A stretch of DNA of 64,000 bases from an uncultured Chloroflexia bacterium (GCA_963763495.1 CAVXOY010000001.1:8424-72423); one strand, 5' to 3'; shown: positions 50,806-60,544, numbered from the stretch's first letter. Numbers and translations: made by a program. Notes: generated by a model not told the origin, from the sequence alone.

Positions 50806-52242
50806 ATGCGAGAGCTAGCAGTCCGGGCACTTGACACCGCCGGCAGCCAAGGAGCGAGTTACGCCGACGCGCGGGTGGTGGCAAGGAAGAGCGAATCGAT
50901 CACGGTGCGCAACCAGAACGTTGAGGCGCTCACAGCGGACGAGAGCCTCGGCTTCGGCGTACGGGTCATCGTGGACGGCTATTGGGGATTCGCCAGCAGC
51001 CAGCGCATGACGCTGGAGGAGGCGGACCGCGTCGCGGCGCAGGCAGTGCGCATCGCCCGGGCCTCAGCGCGAGCGGGAGGGCCAAAGGCGGACATCGGCC
51101 CACAGGAGGTCCACAAAGACACCTACCGTACAGCGATCGTGAAAGACCCCTTCGCCATATCGCTCGACGACAAAATAGCGCTCCTCCTGCGGGCGAACGA
51201 GGCGATGAACAAGGTGAAGGGCATCGTCATGGCCGAATCGAACGTCTACTGCCAGCGGGAGAACAAGCTCTTCGCCAGCAGCGAAGGCAGCTTCATCGAG
51301 CAGGAGTTGGTGGAGACGGGCTGCGGACTGGAAGCGACGGCGGTAGGCGAGGGAGAAGTGCAGCGCCGCTCCTATCCCAACAGCGTGGGACGCCACCAAG
51401 GCACGGAGGGATGGGAATTCATAGAGCGTTACGATCTGCCGGGAAACGCGGGGCGGGTCGCCGAGGAGGCGGCAGCGCTGCTCTTCGCAAAGCCCTGCCC
51501 GCCCGGGACGACGACTATCATCCTGGATGGGAGTCAACTGGCGCTCCAGATCCACGAGAGCTGCGGCCACGCAATCGAACTCGACCGTGTCCTGGGTACG
51601 GAGGCGGCCTTCGCCGGCACGAGCTTCCTGACCACCGACAAGCTGGGCACGTTCCGCTATGGCTCAGACGTGGTCAACCTCACAATGGACGCGATCACAC
51701 CGGGCGGACTGGGCACGTTCGGCTACGACGACGAGGGCGTGCCCGCCCAGTCGATGCCGGCGGTACGCAACGGGATATTCGTCGGCTATCTCATGTCGCG
51801 AGAGACAGCGGCGGGGCTGGGGCTACGGAGCAACGGCGCGATGCGCGCCTCCGACTGGAACCGCATCCCCCTGATCCGCATGACGAACGTGAGCCTGGAG
51901 CCGGGGGAGTGGACGCTGGAAGAGCTCATCGCCGACACCAAAGACGGGATCTATATGGAGACGAACCGGAGCTGGAGCATCGACGACCGGCGGCTCAACT
52001 TCCAGTTCGGCACTGAGGTGGCCCGCGAGATCAAGAACGGCAAGCTGGGCGACTTGATGAAGAACGCTACATACACAGGCATGACGCCTCAGTTCTGGGC
52101 GAGCTGTGACGCCATCTGCAACCGCGACCATTGGGTCGTCTGGGGAACGCCCAACTGCGGCAAGGGCCAGCCGGAGCAGGTGGCACACACGGGCCACGGC
52201 GCCGCACCCGCCCGTTTCCGCAACATCCGCGTGGGGCTCTAG
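50806..52242 (+). CDS. tldD: TldD-family metallopeptidase
   Basis: HExxxGH motif (IHESCGHAIELD). 478 aa. Confidence 0.88.
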   Translation: MRELAVRALDTAGSQGASYADARVVARKSESITVRNQNVEALTADESLGFGVRVIVDGYWGFASSQRMTLEEADRVAAQAVRIARASARAGGPKADIGPQEVHKDTYRTAIVKDPFAISLDDKIALLLRANEAMNKVKGIVMAESNVYCQRENKLFASSEGSFIEQELVETGCGLEATAVGEGEVQRRSYPNSVGRHQGTEGWEFIERYDLPGNAGRVAEEAAALLFAKPCPPGTTTIILDGSQLALQIHESCGHAIELDRVLGTEAAFAGTSFLTTDKLGTFRYGSDVVNLTMDAITPGGLGTFGYDDEGVPAQSMPAVRNGIFVGYLMSRETAAGLGLRSNGAMRASDWNRIPLIRMTNVSLEPGEWTLEELIADTKDGIYMETNRSWSIDDRRLNFQFGTEVAREIKNGKLGDLMKNATYTGMTPQFWASCDAICNRDHWVVWGTPNCGKGQPEQVAHTGHGAAPARFRNIRVGL

Positions 52243-52276
52243 GAAAAGAAGAAGCATCGAAGAGTGAGAAGATTAT

Positions 52277-53617
52277 ATGCCGCTAGGTGAGTCCGACCTC
52301 AAGAGCATCGCCGACCGCATCCTGGGAGCCAGCACAGCCGACCAAACGGAGGTGCTGGTCTTCACTAACGACTCCGCCCTCACCCGATTCGCCAACAGCT
52401 ATATCCACCAGAACGTCGAGCTGACGAGCGTCGATATCAGCGTCCGCGCCGTCATCGGCAAGAAGATCGGCGTGGCCGCGACGAACATCCTCTCCGATGA
52501 GTCGCTGCGCGGCGTGGCCGAACGGGCGGTGACTCTGGCCCGCCATCAGAAGGAGAACGATGACTTCCAGTCGCTGCCGGCGCCGGCGCCGATCCGCCAG
52601 GCGGCTGCTTTCTCGGAGCGGACGGCCAAATACACGCCTGAAGAGCGGGCAGACGTAGTCGCCGCCATTTGCGACGCCGCCCGCCGGGCCAACGTAACGG
52701 CAGCCGGAGCATTCAAGACATCGACAGGCGAGATGGCGGTGGCGAACTCGCTAGGGGTATTCGCCTACCATCAGGAGACAACGGCGGATATCAGCACAAC
52801 CATGATGGTGGATAGCGGCAGCGGCTACGCCGACCGCATCGCGGTTGACGTAGGCGACATCGACGGCAAGGCGCTGGCAACCGAGGCGATAGACAAGTGC
52901 CTGCGCAGCGCCAACCCGATTGCCCTCGAACCGGGGCAGTATGATGTGATACTGGAGGAGTACGCAGTCGCGGATATCCTCGATTTCTTAGCCTATCTGT
53001 CATTCGGGGCGCAGGCCTTCCAAGAGCAGCGCAGCTTCCTCTCCGGCCATCTGGGCGAGAAGGTCATGGGGGAGAACATCAGCATTTGGGACGACGGCCT
53101 GGCCCATGATACGATTGCCAACCCGTTCGACTTCGAGGGGGTACCGAAGCAGCGGGTGGAGTTCATCACCGACGGCGTGGCCAAAGGGGTGGTCTACGAC
53201 ACCTACTACGCCGGCAAAGAGGATAAGACCTCCACCGGGCACGGCCTACCGGCAGGAATGACGTTCGGGCCGATCCCCAGCAATATGTTCCTCAAGGCGG
53301 GCACTGCGACGAAAGAGGAGATGCTCGCTTCAGTCGAGCGCGGGATCTGGGTGAGCCGCTTCTGGTATACGCGGCCGGTGCATCCCCTGAAAGTCCTGGT
53401 AACCGGCATGACCCGCGACGGCACCTTCCTCATCGAGAAGGGGAAGATCACTGCCCCCATAAAGAACCTGCGCTTCACACAGAGCTACCTGGAGGCGCTG
53501 AATCAGGTAGAGATGATCGGCAAGGAGACCAGCCTCCACTCGGCGATCATCGGTGTGAGCCGGGTGCCCGCTCTCAAGATCAAGTCCTGGAACTTCAGCG
53601 GCGCGACGGAGTTCTAG
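52277..53617 (+). CDS. pmbA: PmbA/TldE-family protein (TldD partner, no HExxxGH)
   Basis: 446 aa of the TldD/PmbA fold, immediately downstream of tldD. Confidence 0.85.
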   Translation: MPLGESDLKSIADRILGASTADQTEVLVFTNDSALTRFANSYIHQNVELTSVDISVRAVIGKKIGVAATNILSDESLRGVAERAVTLARHQKENDDFQSLPAPAPIRQAAAFSERTAKYTPEERADVVAAICDAARRANVTAAGAFKTSTGEMAVANSLGVFAYHQETTADISTTMMVDSGSGYADRIAVDVGDIDGKALATEAIDKCLRSANPIALEPGQYDVILEEYAVADILDFLAYLSFGAQAFQEQRSFLSGHLGEKVMGENISIWDDGLAHDTIANPFDFEGVPKQRVEFITDGVAKGVVYDTYYAGKEDKTSTGHGLPAGMTFGPIPSNMFLKAGTATKEEMLASVERGIWVSRFWYTRPVHPLKVLVTGMTRDGTFLIEKGKITAPIKNLRFTQSYLEALNQVEMIGKETSLHSAIIGVSRVPALKIKSWNFSGATEF

Positions 53618-53716
53618 TCCTCTTCTTTCCCGAAGCAGCAACCCTTGACATTTCGTCTCCGCTGAGCCATGCTGTCGCCGCTGATTGACCGACAGCCGGA
53701 CTCAAGAGGTGAAGCG

Positions 53717-54600
53717 ATGATCCTAGTGATTGGGGGAACAGGGTTCATCGGCAGGCATCTCGTCGCGCGGCTGGCCGAGAGCGGCGAGAGGGTGCGGGTC
53801 GCCGCGCGGGGCAGCCGTCAGGGACGCGCTTCCCGACGGCGTCGAGCAGGTGCACGCCGACGTCGTGACAGGCGAGGGGCTGGCCGAGGCGATGGCGGGG
53901 GTCGACAGGGTCGCGCATCTCGTCGCCATCATCATCGAGAAGGGCAGCCAGCGCTTCGACGGGGTGATCCGGGGCGGGACGGAGGGCGTGGTCAGAGAGG
54001 CGGAGAAGGCCGGCGTCAAGAAGCTGGTCTACGTCAGCGCGATCGGAGCGGCGCCGGACCCGAAGTTCCCCTACTGGCATGCCAAGTGGGCAGCGGAGCA
54101 GATAGTCTCCGGAAGCAGCCTCAACTACACGATCCTAAGGCCGTCGCTGGTATTCGGGCCGGAGGACGACTTCTTCAACCGCTTGGCGGACATGGTGAGG
54201 CGAAGCCCGCTGGTACCGATTGCCGGAAACGGGAAGACGCAGGTTTCAGCCGCTGGGGGTGGACGACCTCGTCACCTGCATCGCCGCCTGTTTGGCGGAA
54301 GGCACGCACGATCGCCAGACCGTCGAGGTCGGAGGGCCGGAGTACTTCACCTACAACGAGTTGATCGATGTCATCAGCGCCGCCCTGGGCAAGCGACGGC
54401 CGCGCGTCCACATACCACTCTGGCTGATGCGGCCGGCGGCCCGGATGCTCCAGACCGTGCTGTCGAGCCCGCCTGTGACGACGGACCAGCTCGCGATGCT
54501 GGCGAAGGACAACGTCACGGAGCTGGACGCGGTACCCAGGCAGTTCGGCTTCGCACCCGGCAGGCTGGGGGATGGACTGGGGCACCTGCGCAGCCGCTAG
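53717..54600 (+). CDS. NAD(P)H-binding atypical SDR (NDUFA9/NmrA-like), two apparent +1 frameshifts
   Basis: ATG 53717 with GAGGTGA upstream, and a Rossmann motif VIGGTGFIG. Pieces lie in ORFs 53669.., 53730..54608 and 54220..54600. Extra G in the gggg run at 53808-53811 and at 54242-54243 (GNGKTQ|FQPLGVDDL). Confidence 0.8.
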
Positions 54601-54711
54601 CCGTCTGACACCAGCCGGCCAGATCGTGCCTTCGGTTTTCCGGCGGCAACCTGCGTATACCTCTTTTCACAAGCGTCAAACGTGGTAAACTAGGGGCTGT
54701 AGGTCTCTCCA

Positions 54712-55248
54712 TTGAGCTCAGGGAGGGTAGATTTTCATATGGATGTCAGTCTTCTGAGGGTAGCTGACGAGACGGTGACTCTGGCCGACGGGAGCGCTCC
54801 TGCTACCCGAGTATTGTGCGAAGCGATAGAACTCGACACCAGCGAGGCGCTGGAGTTCATCGACATCACGGAGACGGTCGCGGCGATTGTGGCGAGGTCG
54901 GGAATCCGGTTCGGCCAGGTAACCGTCTATTCCACCCACACCACCGCCGCCATCAAGATTAACGAAGCCGAGCCTTTGCTGCTGGAAGACCTCAAGGAGA
55001 TGCTGCGAAGGCTGGCGCCCTGCGACGACGACTACGGCCACAACGATTTCCGGCGCCGCACCGTGAACATGAACGAGGAGGAGTGCGCCAACGGCCATTC
55101 CCACTGCCAGCACCTCTTCCTCAGCAGCAGCGAGACGATCCCGATAGTGGAGGGACGGCTGACGCTGGGGCAGTGGCAGTGCGTCTTCCTCGTGGAGCTG
55201 GACCACCCACGCCACCGCCGCCTACTGGTGAACGTCGTCGGCATCTAG
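54712..55248 (+). CDS. YjbQ/UPF0047 family (secondary thiamine-phosphate synthase) protein
   Basis: YSTHTTAAIKINE..., NGHSHCQHL..., and LTLGQWQCVFLVELD. TTG 54712 or ATG 54739. Confidence 0.8.
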   Translation: MSSGRVDFHMDVSLLRVADETVTLADGSAPATRVLCEAIELDTSEALEFIDITETVAAIVARSGIRFGQVTVYSTHTTAAIKINEAEPLLLEDLKEMLRRLAPCDDDYGHNDFRRRTVNMNEEECANGHSHCQHLFLSSSETIPIVEGRLTLGQWQCVFLVELDHPRHRRLLVNVVGI

Positions 55249-55342
55249 GGGCGGAAGAACAAGCCTCACGCCCATCTCCCCTGTTCCGAATGCCGCTCAG
55301 GCCGGCTGATCCTATTCCTAGAGACCAGCCGCGTCCTCTACA

Positions 55343-56035
55343 ATGGGCGGCAGAATGGAGCCTATCTTCACCATCGCTCACCGCGCCGGGAACAGCCGCG
55401 CCTTGTTGAAAGAGGCGCTGGCCGCCGGCGTTGACGCGGTGGAGGCGGACATACGTCTGGACGGTCGACGACTGGTGTCACGCCACCAGCGCCGGTTTCC
55501 CCTGCTGCCTCTGTTCTACGACCGGTGGTATGCGTACTGGAGCCGCGAGCCGCAGGTCAGCCTCGATGAGATCCTGGACCAGATCAAGGGCAGAGCCTCG
55601 CTCTTCGTCGACATCAAGAGCACGAGCACGAAGGCGCTCGCCATGCTGTTGGCGACCCTGCGCCATCGAGAGGTGATCGCGGAGACTCGCGTGTCGGGCA
55701 CCTACTGGCATCTCCTGCGGCAGCTCCGCTCGGAGGAGCCGGGGCTGCGCGTCTATCACTCAATAGGGGATATGGATGGCCTAGCCAGCTTCTGGCAGCT
55801 CCAGGAGGGTGGAGAGAAGGCGCCGGGGGTCTCCATCCATGAGGCGCTGGTGGATGAGGAGTCGGCGGCGCGTTTCCGGGCCGGCGGCGTGGAGATCGTG
55901 GCCTATCACGTCGACCAGCTATCGAGGGCGCGGCAGCTTGCGGGCTGGGGAGCAAGCGGTATCACCAGCGGCGATCTCGGTATCCTGCGGGCCCTCAAAG
56001 ATCCCGGTGTATCTCACGATCAGTCGCCTGCTTAA
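55343..56035 (+). CDS. Glycerophosphodiester phosphodiesterase (GDPD)-family protein
   Basis: IAHRAGN...GVDAVEADIRL N-terminal motif. Confidence 0.65.
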   Translation: MGGRMEPIFTIAHRAGNSRALLKEALAAGVDAVEADIRLDGRRLVSRHQRRFPLLPLFYDRWYAYWSREPQVSLDEILDQIKGRASLFVDIKSTSTKALAMLLATLRHREVIAETRVSGTYWHLLRQLRSEEPGLRVYHSIGDMDGLASFWQLQEGGEKAPGVSIHEALVDEESAARFRAGGVEIVAYHVDQLSRARQLAGWGASGITSGDLGILRALKDPGVSHDQSPA

Positions 56036-57132
56036 CTAGGAGAAGCCTTCTCTCTGGGTATGAGGTGGACGGCGTGCGCCTTGAACGCGGCGGCGATCTG
56101 CTGGCCCGTCTGAAGATCGAGGTCTTCCAGCGACTGTTTGGTGATCAGGGCAACTAGCGGGAAGCCGCAGTCGATGGCGACTCGGATCTGATTCCCGACA
56201 GGAGTGATGCGGACGATGGAGCCCCGCAGCCGGTTGCGAGCGCTGCTGGGCGGCGAGTCATCTTCGGCCCTGGAGAGAGTAACGTCTTCGGGGCGAAGGA
56301 CAACGAGAACGTCTTCAGAGACAGCGCCATCCACCACCGCCTGGACGACCTGCGTGCCTACCTGAACATCGACCAACCCCTCCCGAACAGCGACCCTCCT
56401 CCCGGGCACCACCGTCTCCGCCCCAACAAGAGATGCCACGTCCCCGTCGGCAGGGGCGGCAAAGACTTGCTCAGCCGAGCCGATCTGACGTAGCTGCCCA
56501 CCGACAAGGACCGCGACACGGCTTCCGAGCCGGAGGGCTTCATTACGATCATGGGTCACGAATACGGTGGTCAGGCCTGTCTCACTGAGGACGGTGGCCA
56601 GCTCCTCGATCAGATCCTCGCGGGTGGGCTGGTCGAGAGCGCTGAAGGGCTCATCGAGAAGCATGACTTCCGGTTCCAAGGCGAAGGCACGGGCCAGGCT
56701 GACGCGATGCGCCTCACCGCCGGATAGCTTGCGGGCAGAGCGCTCGGCGAGATCGGCAACGCCGAACCGCTCCAACCAGCGCTTCGTCCGAAGCCGGCGT
56801 TCGCTTCCCGGCACTCCCCGCAGCCTAAGGCCCGTCTCGACGTTCTCGGCGACAGAGCGGCGCAGGAGGAGCGGCTCCTGCATCATCACGGCCATCCGGC
56901 GGCGGAGGGCGAGCTGGCGTCCGCGCACGGATTCTCCCTCGAACTTGACTTCCCCTTTCGCTGGTTTCTCAAGGAGGGCAAGCACCTGGAGAAGAGTGGT
57001 TTTGCCGGCGCCATTGGGCCCGATGACGGCAAGGACTTCACCCTCGACAACGTCTAGGTGCGGGACATGCAGGATATCCGTCCCACGGCGCCGCACCGTT
57101 ATGTCATGCAGGGAGAGTTTTGAGGGCTGCAC
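56032..57132 (-). CDS. tupC: ABC transporter ATPase with C-terminal TOBE-like domain (TupC/ModC type)
   Basis: GTG 57132 overlaps the tupB TAG. Walker A GPNGAGKTT, signature LSGGEAHR, Walker B LLDEP. The upstream part of ORF 56032..57381 is read-through. Confidence 0.8.
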   Translation of the reverse strand: MQPSKLSLHDITVRRRGTDILHVPHLDVVEGEVLAVIGPNGAGKTTLLQVLALLEKPAKGEVKFEGESVRGRQLALRRRMAVMMQEPLLLRRSVAENVETGLRLRGVPGSERRLRTKRWLERFGVADLAERSARKLSGGEAHRVSLARAFALEPEVMLLDEPFSALDQPTREDLIEELATVLSETGLTTVFVTHDRNEALRLGSRVAVLVGGQLRQIGSAEQVFAAPADGDVASLVGAETVVPGRRVAVREGLVDVQVGTQVVQAVVDGAVSEDVLVVLRPEDVTLSRAEDDSPPSSARNRLRGSIVRITPVGNQIRVAIDCGFPLVALITKQSLEDLDLQTGQQIAAAFKAHAVHLIPREKASPS

Positions 57133-57827
57133 TATGTCTTCTCTTGTTGTTGGACTGTGGTCAGGACCACGTTGACCAAGAAGATGAGCACCAGCAGGAT
57201 GATGGAGAGGGCGATGGCAGGCGCGAAGTTGCCACGGCTCACCTCCAGCATCACGGCCGTCGTCAGGACACGCGTCTCGCCCGCCAGGTTGCCGCCCACC
57301 ATCATCGATGCGCCGACCTCCGATATCGCGCCGCCGAAGCCGGCCATGACTGCTGCCATCAGGGGCAGTTTCGTCTCCCAAAGGATGATCCAGAGCATCT
57401 GCAGCCGTGATGCGCCCAGCGCGTAGACCTGCATCCGAAGCCGCGGGTCGAGGTGGCGGAGCGCCGCCGCCGTGAAGCCGGTAACGATGGGCGCAGCGAT
57501 CACAGTCTGAGCCACGACCATCGCCGCCGGCGTGTAGATAAGCCGGAAATGGCCGAGGGGGCCGCTCCGCCAGAAGAAGATCGCGACGAGGAGGCCGACG
57601 ACCACCGGCGGCAATCCCATGCCCGTGTTGACGAGGCTGAATACGAGATTGCGGCCGCGAAAGTCATTGAAGGCGATGGCCGCACCAACGCTTATGCCGA
57701 TGAAGAGGCTGAGCACGACTGCGCTCCCTGATATGAACAGGGAGCGCAGTGTGATTTCCCAAAGAGAGTAGTCGCCGCTACGGATGATGTGGATGGATTC
57801 CCGCAGGCCATCCCAGATCAGATCCAC
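57132..57827 (-). CDS. tupB: ABC transporter permease (TupB type)
   Basis: 231 aa with 5-6 TM helices, between the binding protein and the ATPase. Confidence 0.8.
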   Translation of the reverse strand: MDLIWDGLRESIHIIRSGDYSLWEITLRSLFISGSAVVLSLFIGISVGAAIAFNDFRGRNLVFSLVNTGMGLPPVVVGLLVAIFFWRSGPLGHFRLIYTPAAMVVAQTVIAAPIVTGFTAAALRHLDPRLRMQVYALGASRLQMLWIILWETKLPLMAAVMAGFGGAISEVGASMMVGGNLAGETRVLTTAVMLEVSRGNFAPAIALSIILLVLIFLVNVVLTTVQQQEKT

Positions 57828-57850
57828 ATCTACCTCCGGTCAGAGTCAGC

Positions 57851-58852
57851 CTATCCGAACGGCGTTTTCAGCCCCAGCTCTTCGTAGGTCTTCTCCGCGT
57901 CAGGGATGAACAGCGACTGGCCGAACTCCTCGACGCCGAACTCGCCGATCATCTGCTGGGTCGCCTCTGAGACCATGAAGTCGGCAAAGGCCTTGCCGCC
58001 AGCGCCGTTCACCATGCTGAACTTGTCGGGGTTTACTTCCATCACAGAGTACACGTTGAGCAGAAGGGGATCACCTTCCAGCAGCAGCTTCAGCGAGAGA
58101 CTCGCGCTCTGAGCAAGATAGGTCGCGCGGTCACAGACAATATAGGAATCGCGCTGATTAGCGATCTGGAGCGTCGCCCCCATTCCCTGGCCGCTCTCTT
58201 CATACCAGGACTTGCCCTTGGGGTCTAGCTCGGCCTTTTTCCACAGGCTCTTTTCCAGTTTGTCAGTCCCGGAATCGTCACCACGGCTGACAAAAGAAGA
58301 ACTGGAATCGAATATCTTCTTGAAGGCGTCCACAGCGGCCGTCATTCCCTTGATCCCAGCCGGGTCTTTCTCGGGTCCAAGAATGATGAAGTCGTTGTGC
58401 ATGACAAGGCGGCGGTTGATGGCAGCGCCGCTGTCGACGAGCTTCTTCTCCGAGGCGGGAGCATGCACAAGAAGAACGTCGGCGTCGCCGCGCTCTCCCA
58501 TCGCCAGGGCTTGGCCGGTGCCGACAGCGATGACCTTGACGTTGTAGTCCGTCGCCTTCTCGAACTCGGGCACCAGGATATCGAGGAGTCCGCTATCCTG
58601 AGTGCTGGTCGTGGTCGCCAAGATGACCTCTTTGGGACCGCTGCGGACGACGGCAGTTGGCGTCGCTGCCGCCTGCGGCGTACCTGTTGTCGCTGCCTTG
58701 GGTGTACCTGTAGCCTCTACCTTGGGCGTACCAGTTGCCGCTGCTTGGGGCGTGGCGGTTTCTTTGGAGTCACCATTGTCTCCGCAGGCAACCAAACCGA
58801 TGGCCGTCAGCAGCACCACCAGGAGCGCCGTTACTCCGAAGAGCTTCTTCAC
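57851..58852 (-). CDS. tupA: Tungstate/oxyanion-binding lipoprotein (TupA type)
   Basis: GTG 58852 follows GGAGGTG. Lipobox GLVACG, and a TTTSTQDSGLL motif typical of TupA. The rest of ORF 57851..59008 is read-through. Confidence 0.75.
   Translation of the reverse strand: MKKLFGVTALLVVLLTAIGLVACGDNGDSKETATPQAAATGTPKVEATGTPKAATTGTPQAAATPTAVVRSGPKEVILATTTSTQDSGLLDILVPEFEKATDYNVKVIAVGTGQALAMGERGDADVLLVHAPASEKKLVDSGAAINRRLVMHNDFIILGPEKDPAGIKGMTAAVDAFKKIFDSSSSFVSRGDDSGTDKLEKSLWKKAELDPKGKSWYEESGQGMGATLQIANQRDSYIVCDRATYLAQSASLSLKLLLEGDPLLLNVYSVMEVNPDKFSMVNGAGGKAFADFMVSEATQQMIGEFGVEEFGQSLFIPDAEKTYEELGLKTPFG
58674..58745. repeat. Three tandem 24-nt repeats encoding the (A/T)TGTPKxx linker of TupA
   Basis: Units ctgcggcgtacctgttgtcgctgcc / ttgggtgtacctgtagcctctacc / ttgggcgtaccagttgccgctgct. 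The encoded protein reads AAATGTPKVEATGTPKAATTGTPQAAATPT. Confidence 0.7.
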
Positions 58853-58913
58853 CAGTGCACCTCCATGTGTAGTAGTTATGCTGACTCTAGCATAGCGCCG
58901 CCCAAAAAGAAAG

Positions 58914-59252
58914 CTACCCCCTATTGCCAAATATCTCATCGAAGCGATGCCTAACGTCGGCGCCAGCGGCAGCCTCGAACCGGGGATAGAGAGACACCAA
59001 CCGCTCACCCTCTGGGGTCAGACTCGTTCTGCCTCCCCCTGCGCCGCCGACCTCGCTTTCGACAAGGCGCACCCCCAGGTTCGTCTCCATCTCCCTGATC
59101 TTCCCCCAGGCGCGCCTGTAGGAGAGGCCCATGCGACGCGCGGCCTCGGCCAGCGAGCCGGTCTCAGCAATGTGATTGAGCAGGCGGATCCGGTAGCCGC
59201 TGAGCGCTACTCCACCGTTCTTCTCTATCCACAGCTTGAGTCTGGGCTCCAT
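58914..59252 (-). CDS. ModE N-terminal-domain-like (LysR-type wHTH) regulator without Mop domains
   Basis: ALSGYRIRLLNHIAETGSLAEAARRMGLSYRRAWGKI, 112 aa, immediately upstream of tupA. Confidence 0.75.
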   Translation of the reverse strand: MEPRLKLWIEKNGGVALSGYRIRLLNHIAETGSLAEAARRMGLSYRRAWGKIREMETNLGVRLVESEVGGAGGGRTSLTPEGERLVSLYPRFEAAAGADVRHRFDEIFGNRG

Positions 59253-59374
59253 TGAAGCACTCCTCAGACGCCGTCAACTGCCATTCTGCCCACCATTAGC
59301 AGCAACGTCAACCACGCAAGGAAGCCGGAGCGGGGTGTGCTGAGAGAGACGGTTAGACCCGACAGGAAATAAGA

Positions 59375-60007
59375 CTATTCGCTTTGGGTCGTACGGACCT
59401 CGAAGTGTTCCCGGGGCGAATCCGGCGAAGAGGTTCCACCGCGCGGGAGGAGAGGACTCCCAGCGAGGCCGATGATGCGAAGATGCGAGAGGTCGGCATG
59501 GCGGGAGATGAGTTTCTGGAGGGCAGTGCCGACGAATGGCGCAAGCACATTCGCCACCATGACGGCCAAGACAACGTTCAATAGATTAAGGCTGTCCGTG
59601 CCCAGCAGAACGCCGAGAAAGACCACAGCGCCTAGAACCCCGGCCGTGACAATGGCAGTAACGCAACGGCGGTGAATCGCGAGACGGCGCTCACCAGCGC
59701 GCAGCCGTCGCAACCCTTCCAAAGCCGCAGCGAGGATGACATCGGGCGGCGCGACGCCGTCGAGGGTAAAGCCGCGCTTCAGGGCAATGCCGTTCAGCCC
59801 GCTGGGCCCGAATTGTTCCTCGATGACGTTCATCGTGGCGTGCTTGAGAGCCTCGTTACGGCGAACCGACTCGTTGGTAAACACGGATGCGACCTGACCA
59901 GGGATGAGGAGAAGGCTAGAAAGCGCTCTCACCGTGAAGCCGAAAACGATCAGCATCAGCAGGAGAATCAGCGTGACGACCAAGAGACCGAAGAAAAGGA
60001 GTATCAT
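59375..60007 (-). CDS. Hypothetical membrane protein
   Basis: 210 aa with N-terminal and central TM helices. No family recognised. Confidence 0.5.
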   Translation of the reverse strand: MILLFFGLLVVTLILLLMLIVFGFTVRALSSLLLIPGQVASVFTNESVRRNEALKHATMNVIEEQFGPSGLNGIALKRGFTLDGVAPPDVILAAALEGLRRLRAGERRLAIHRRCVTAIVTAGVLGAVVFLGVLLGTDSLNLLNVVLAVMVANVLAPFVGTALQKLISRHADLSHLRIIGLAGSPLLPRGGTSSPDSPREHFEVRTTQSE

Positions 60008-60225
60008 GGGCTCCCTCTGCTGCCGCGCGGCTCGAGTATCCGGCTAAAAGTATACACCCGCTGTCTATGATCGCCAACGGCTGCGGGCCAGTCAATCGGT
60101 GCTGCACCTGATCTAACGACCGTCGGCCGAGGTTATCGCCGCAGGTCGTATCGATCCCAGCATCTGGCAACTACGGCGCCGAAGCGCGTTCAGCAGCAGG
60201 ATAAGGGTTGAGGCTGCGAGATGTT

Positions 60226-60321
60226 CTATTCGCCCTGAGCGAGTTCATTCGATAGCCACTGCCATAGCAGATAGGCGGCCCCGGCGGTTACCCATAGTCC
60301 CATGATCACAGCGCTTAGCAT
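60226..60321 (-). CDS. Possible 31-aa membrane micro-ORF
   Basis: MLSAVIMGLWVTAGAAYLLWQWLSNELAQGE* with a weak AAGGGG upstream. Speculative. Confidence 0.2.
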   Translation of the reverse strand: MLSAVIMGLWVTAGAAYLLWQWLSNELAQGE

Positions 60322-60544
60322 CTTGTTCCCCTTCTTCAAACTCGCACAGACGTTCTGATAGGCCCACTATAGAACGCATGTACTAGCCTTGTCAAGCCCT
60401 CGGCGCGAGAAAAGCGGAACTTGATCCAGAAACGGCCGCGTGCTAGGAATTGACTCGTTAGCGGGGCCCAGGCCGTTGCTTGGCTTTCCGCTGCCCAAGA
60501 GATCGCGCCACGCGAGAGCGATCGCGAGCGAAAGGAGGTACCCC

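Noticed and set aside
2500-54243. The frameshifts read as programmed recoding or as genuine pseudogenisation of a degenerating genome.
   Set aside because: There are no slippery heptamers or stimulatory structures at the sites. Essential genes are hit, yet none shows nonsense mutations, deletions or motif loss. The indels share a G/C-insertion signature. Sequencing or assembly error is the simpler explanation, pending read-level confirmation.
58674-58745. Short tandem repeats considered as a possible CRISPR or minisatellite.
   Set aside because: The repeats are contiguous 24-nt units with no spacers. They lie inside tupA and stay in frame, encoding a TGTPK linker. This is not a CRISPR array.
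2923-60520. GCGATCGC (HIP1-like) octamers at about 2923, 14146, 25858, 33708 and 60513, considered as a possible cyanobacterial-type iterated palindrome.
   Set aside because: About five copies in 64 kb is only slightly above my rough expectation of ~2 for this base composition. That is far from HIP1-level enrichment.
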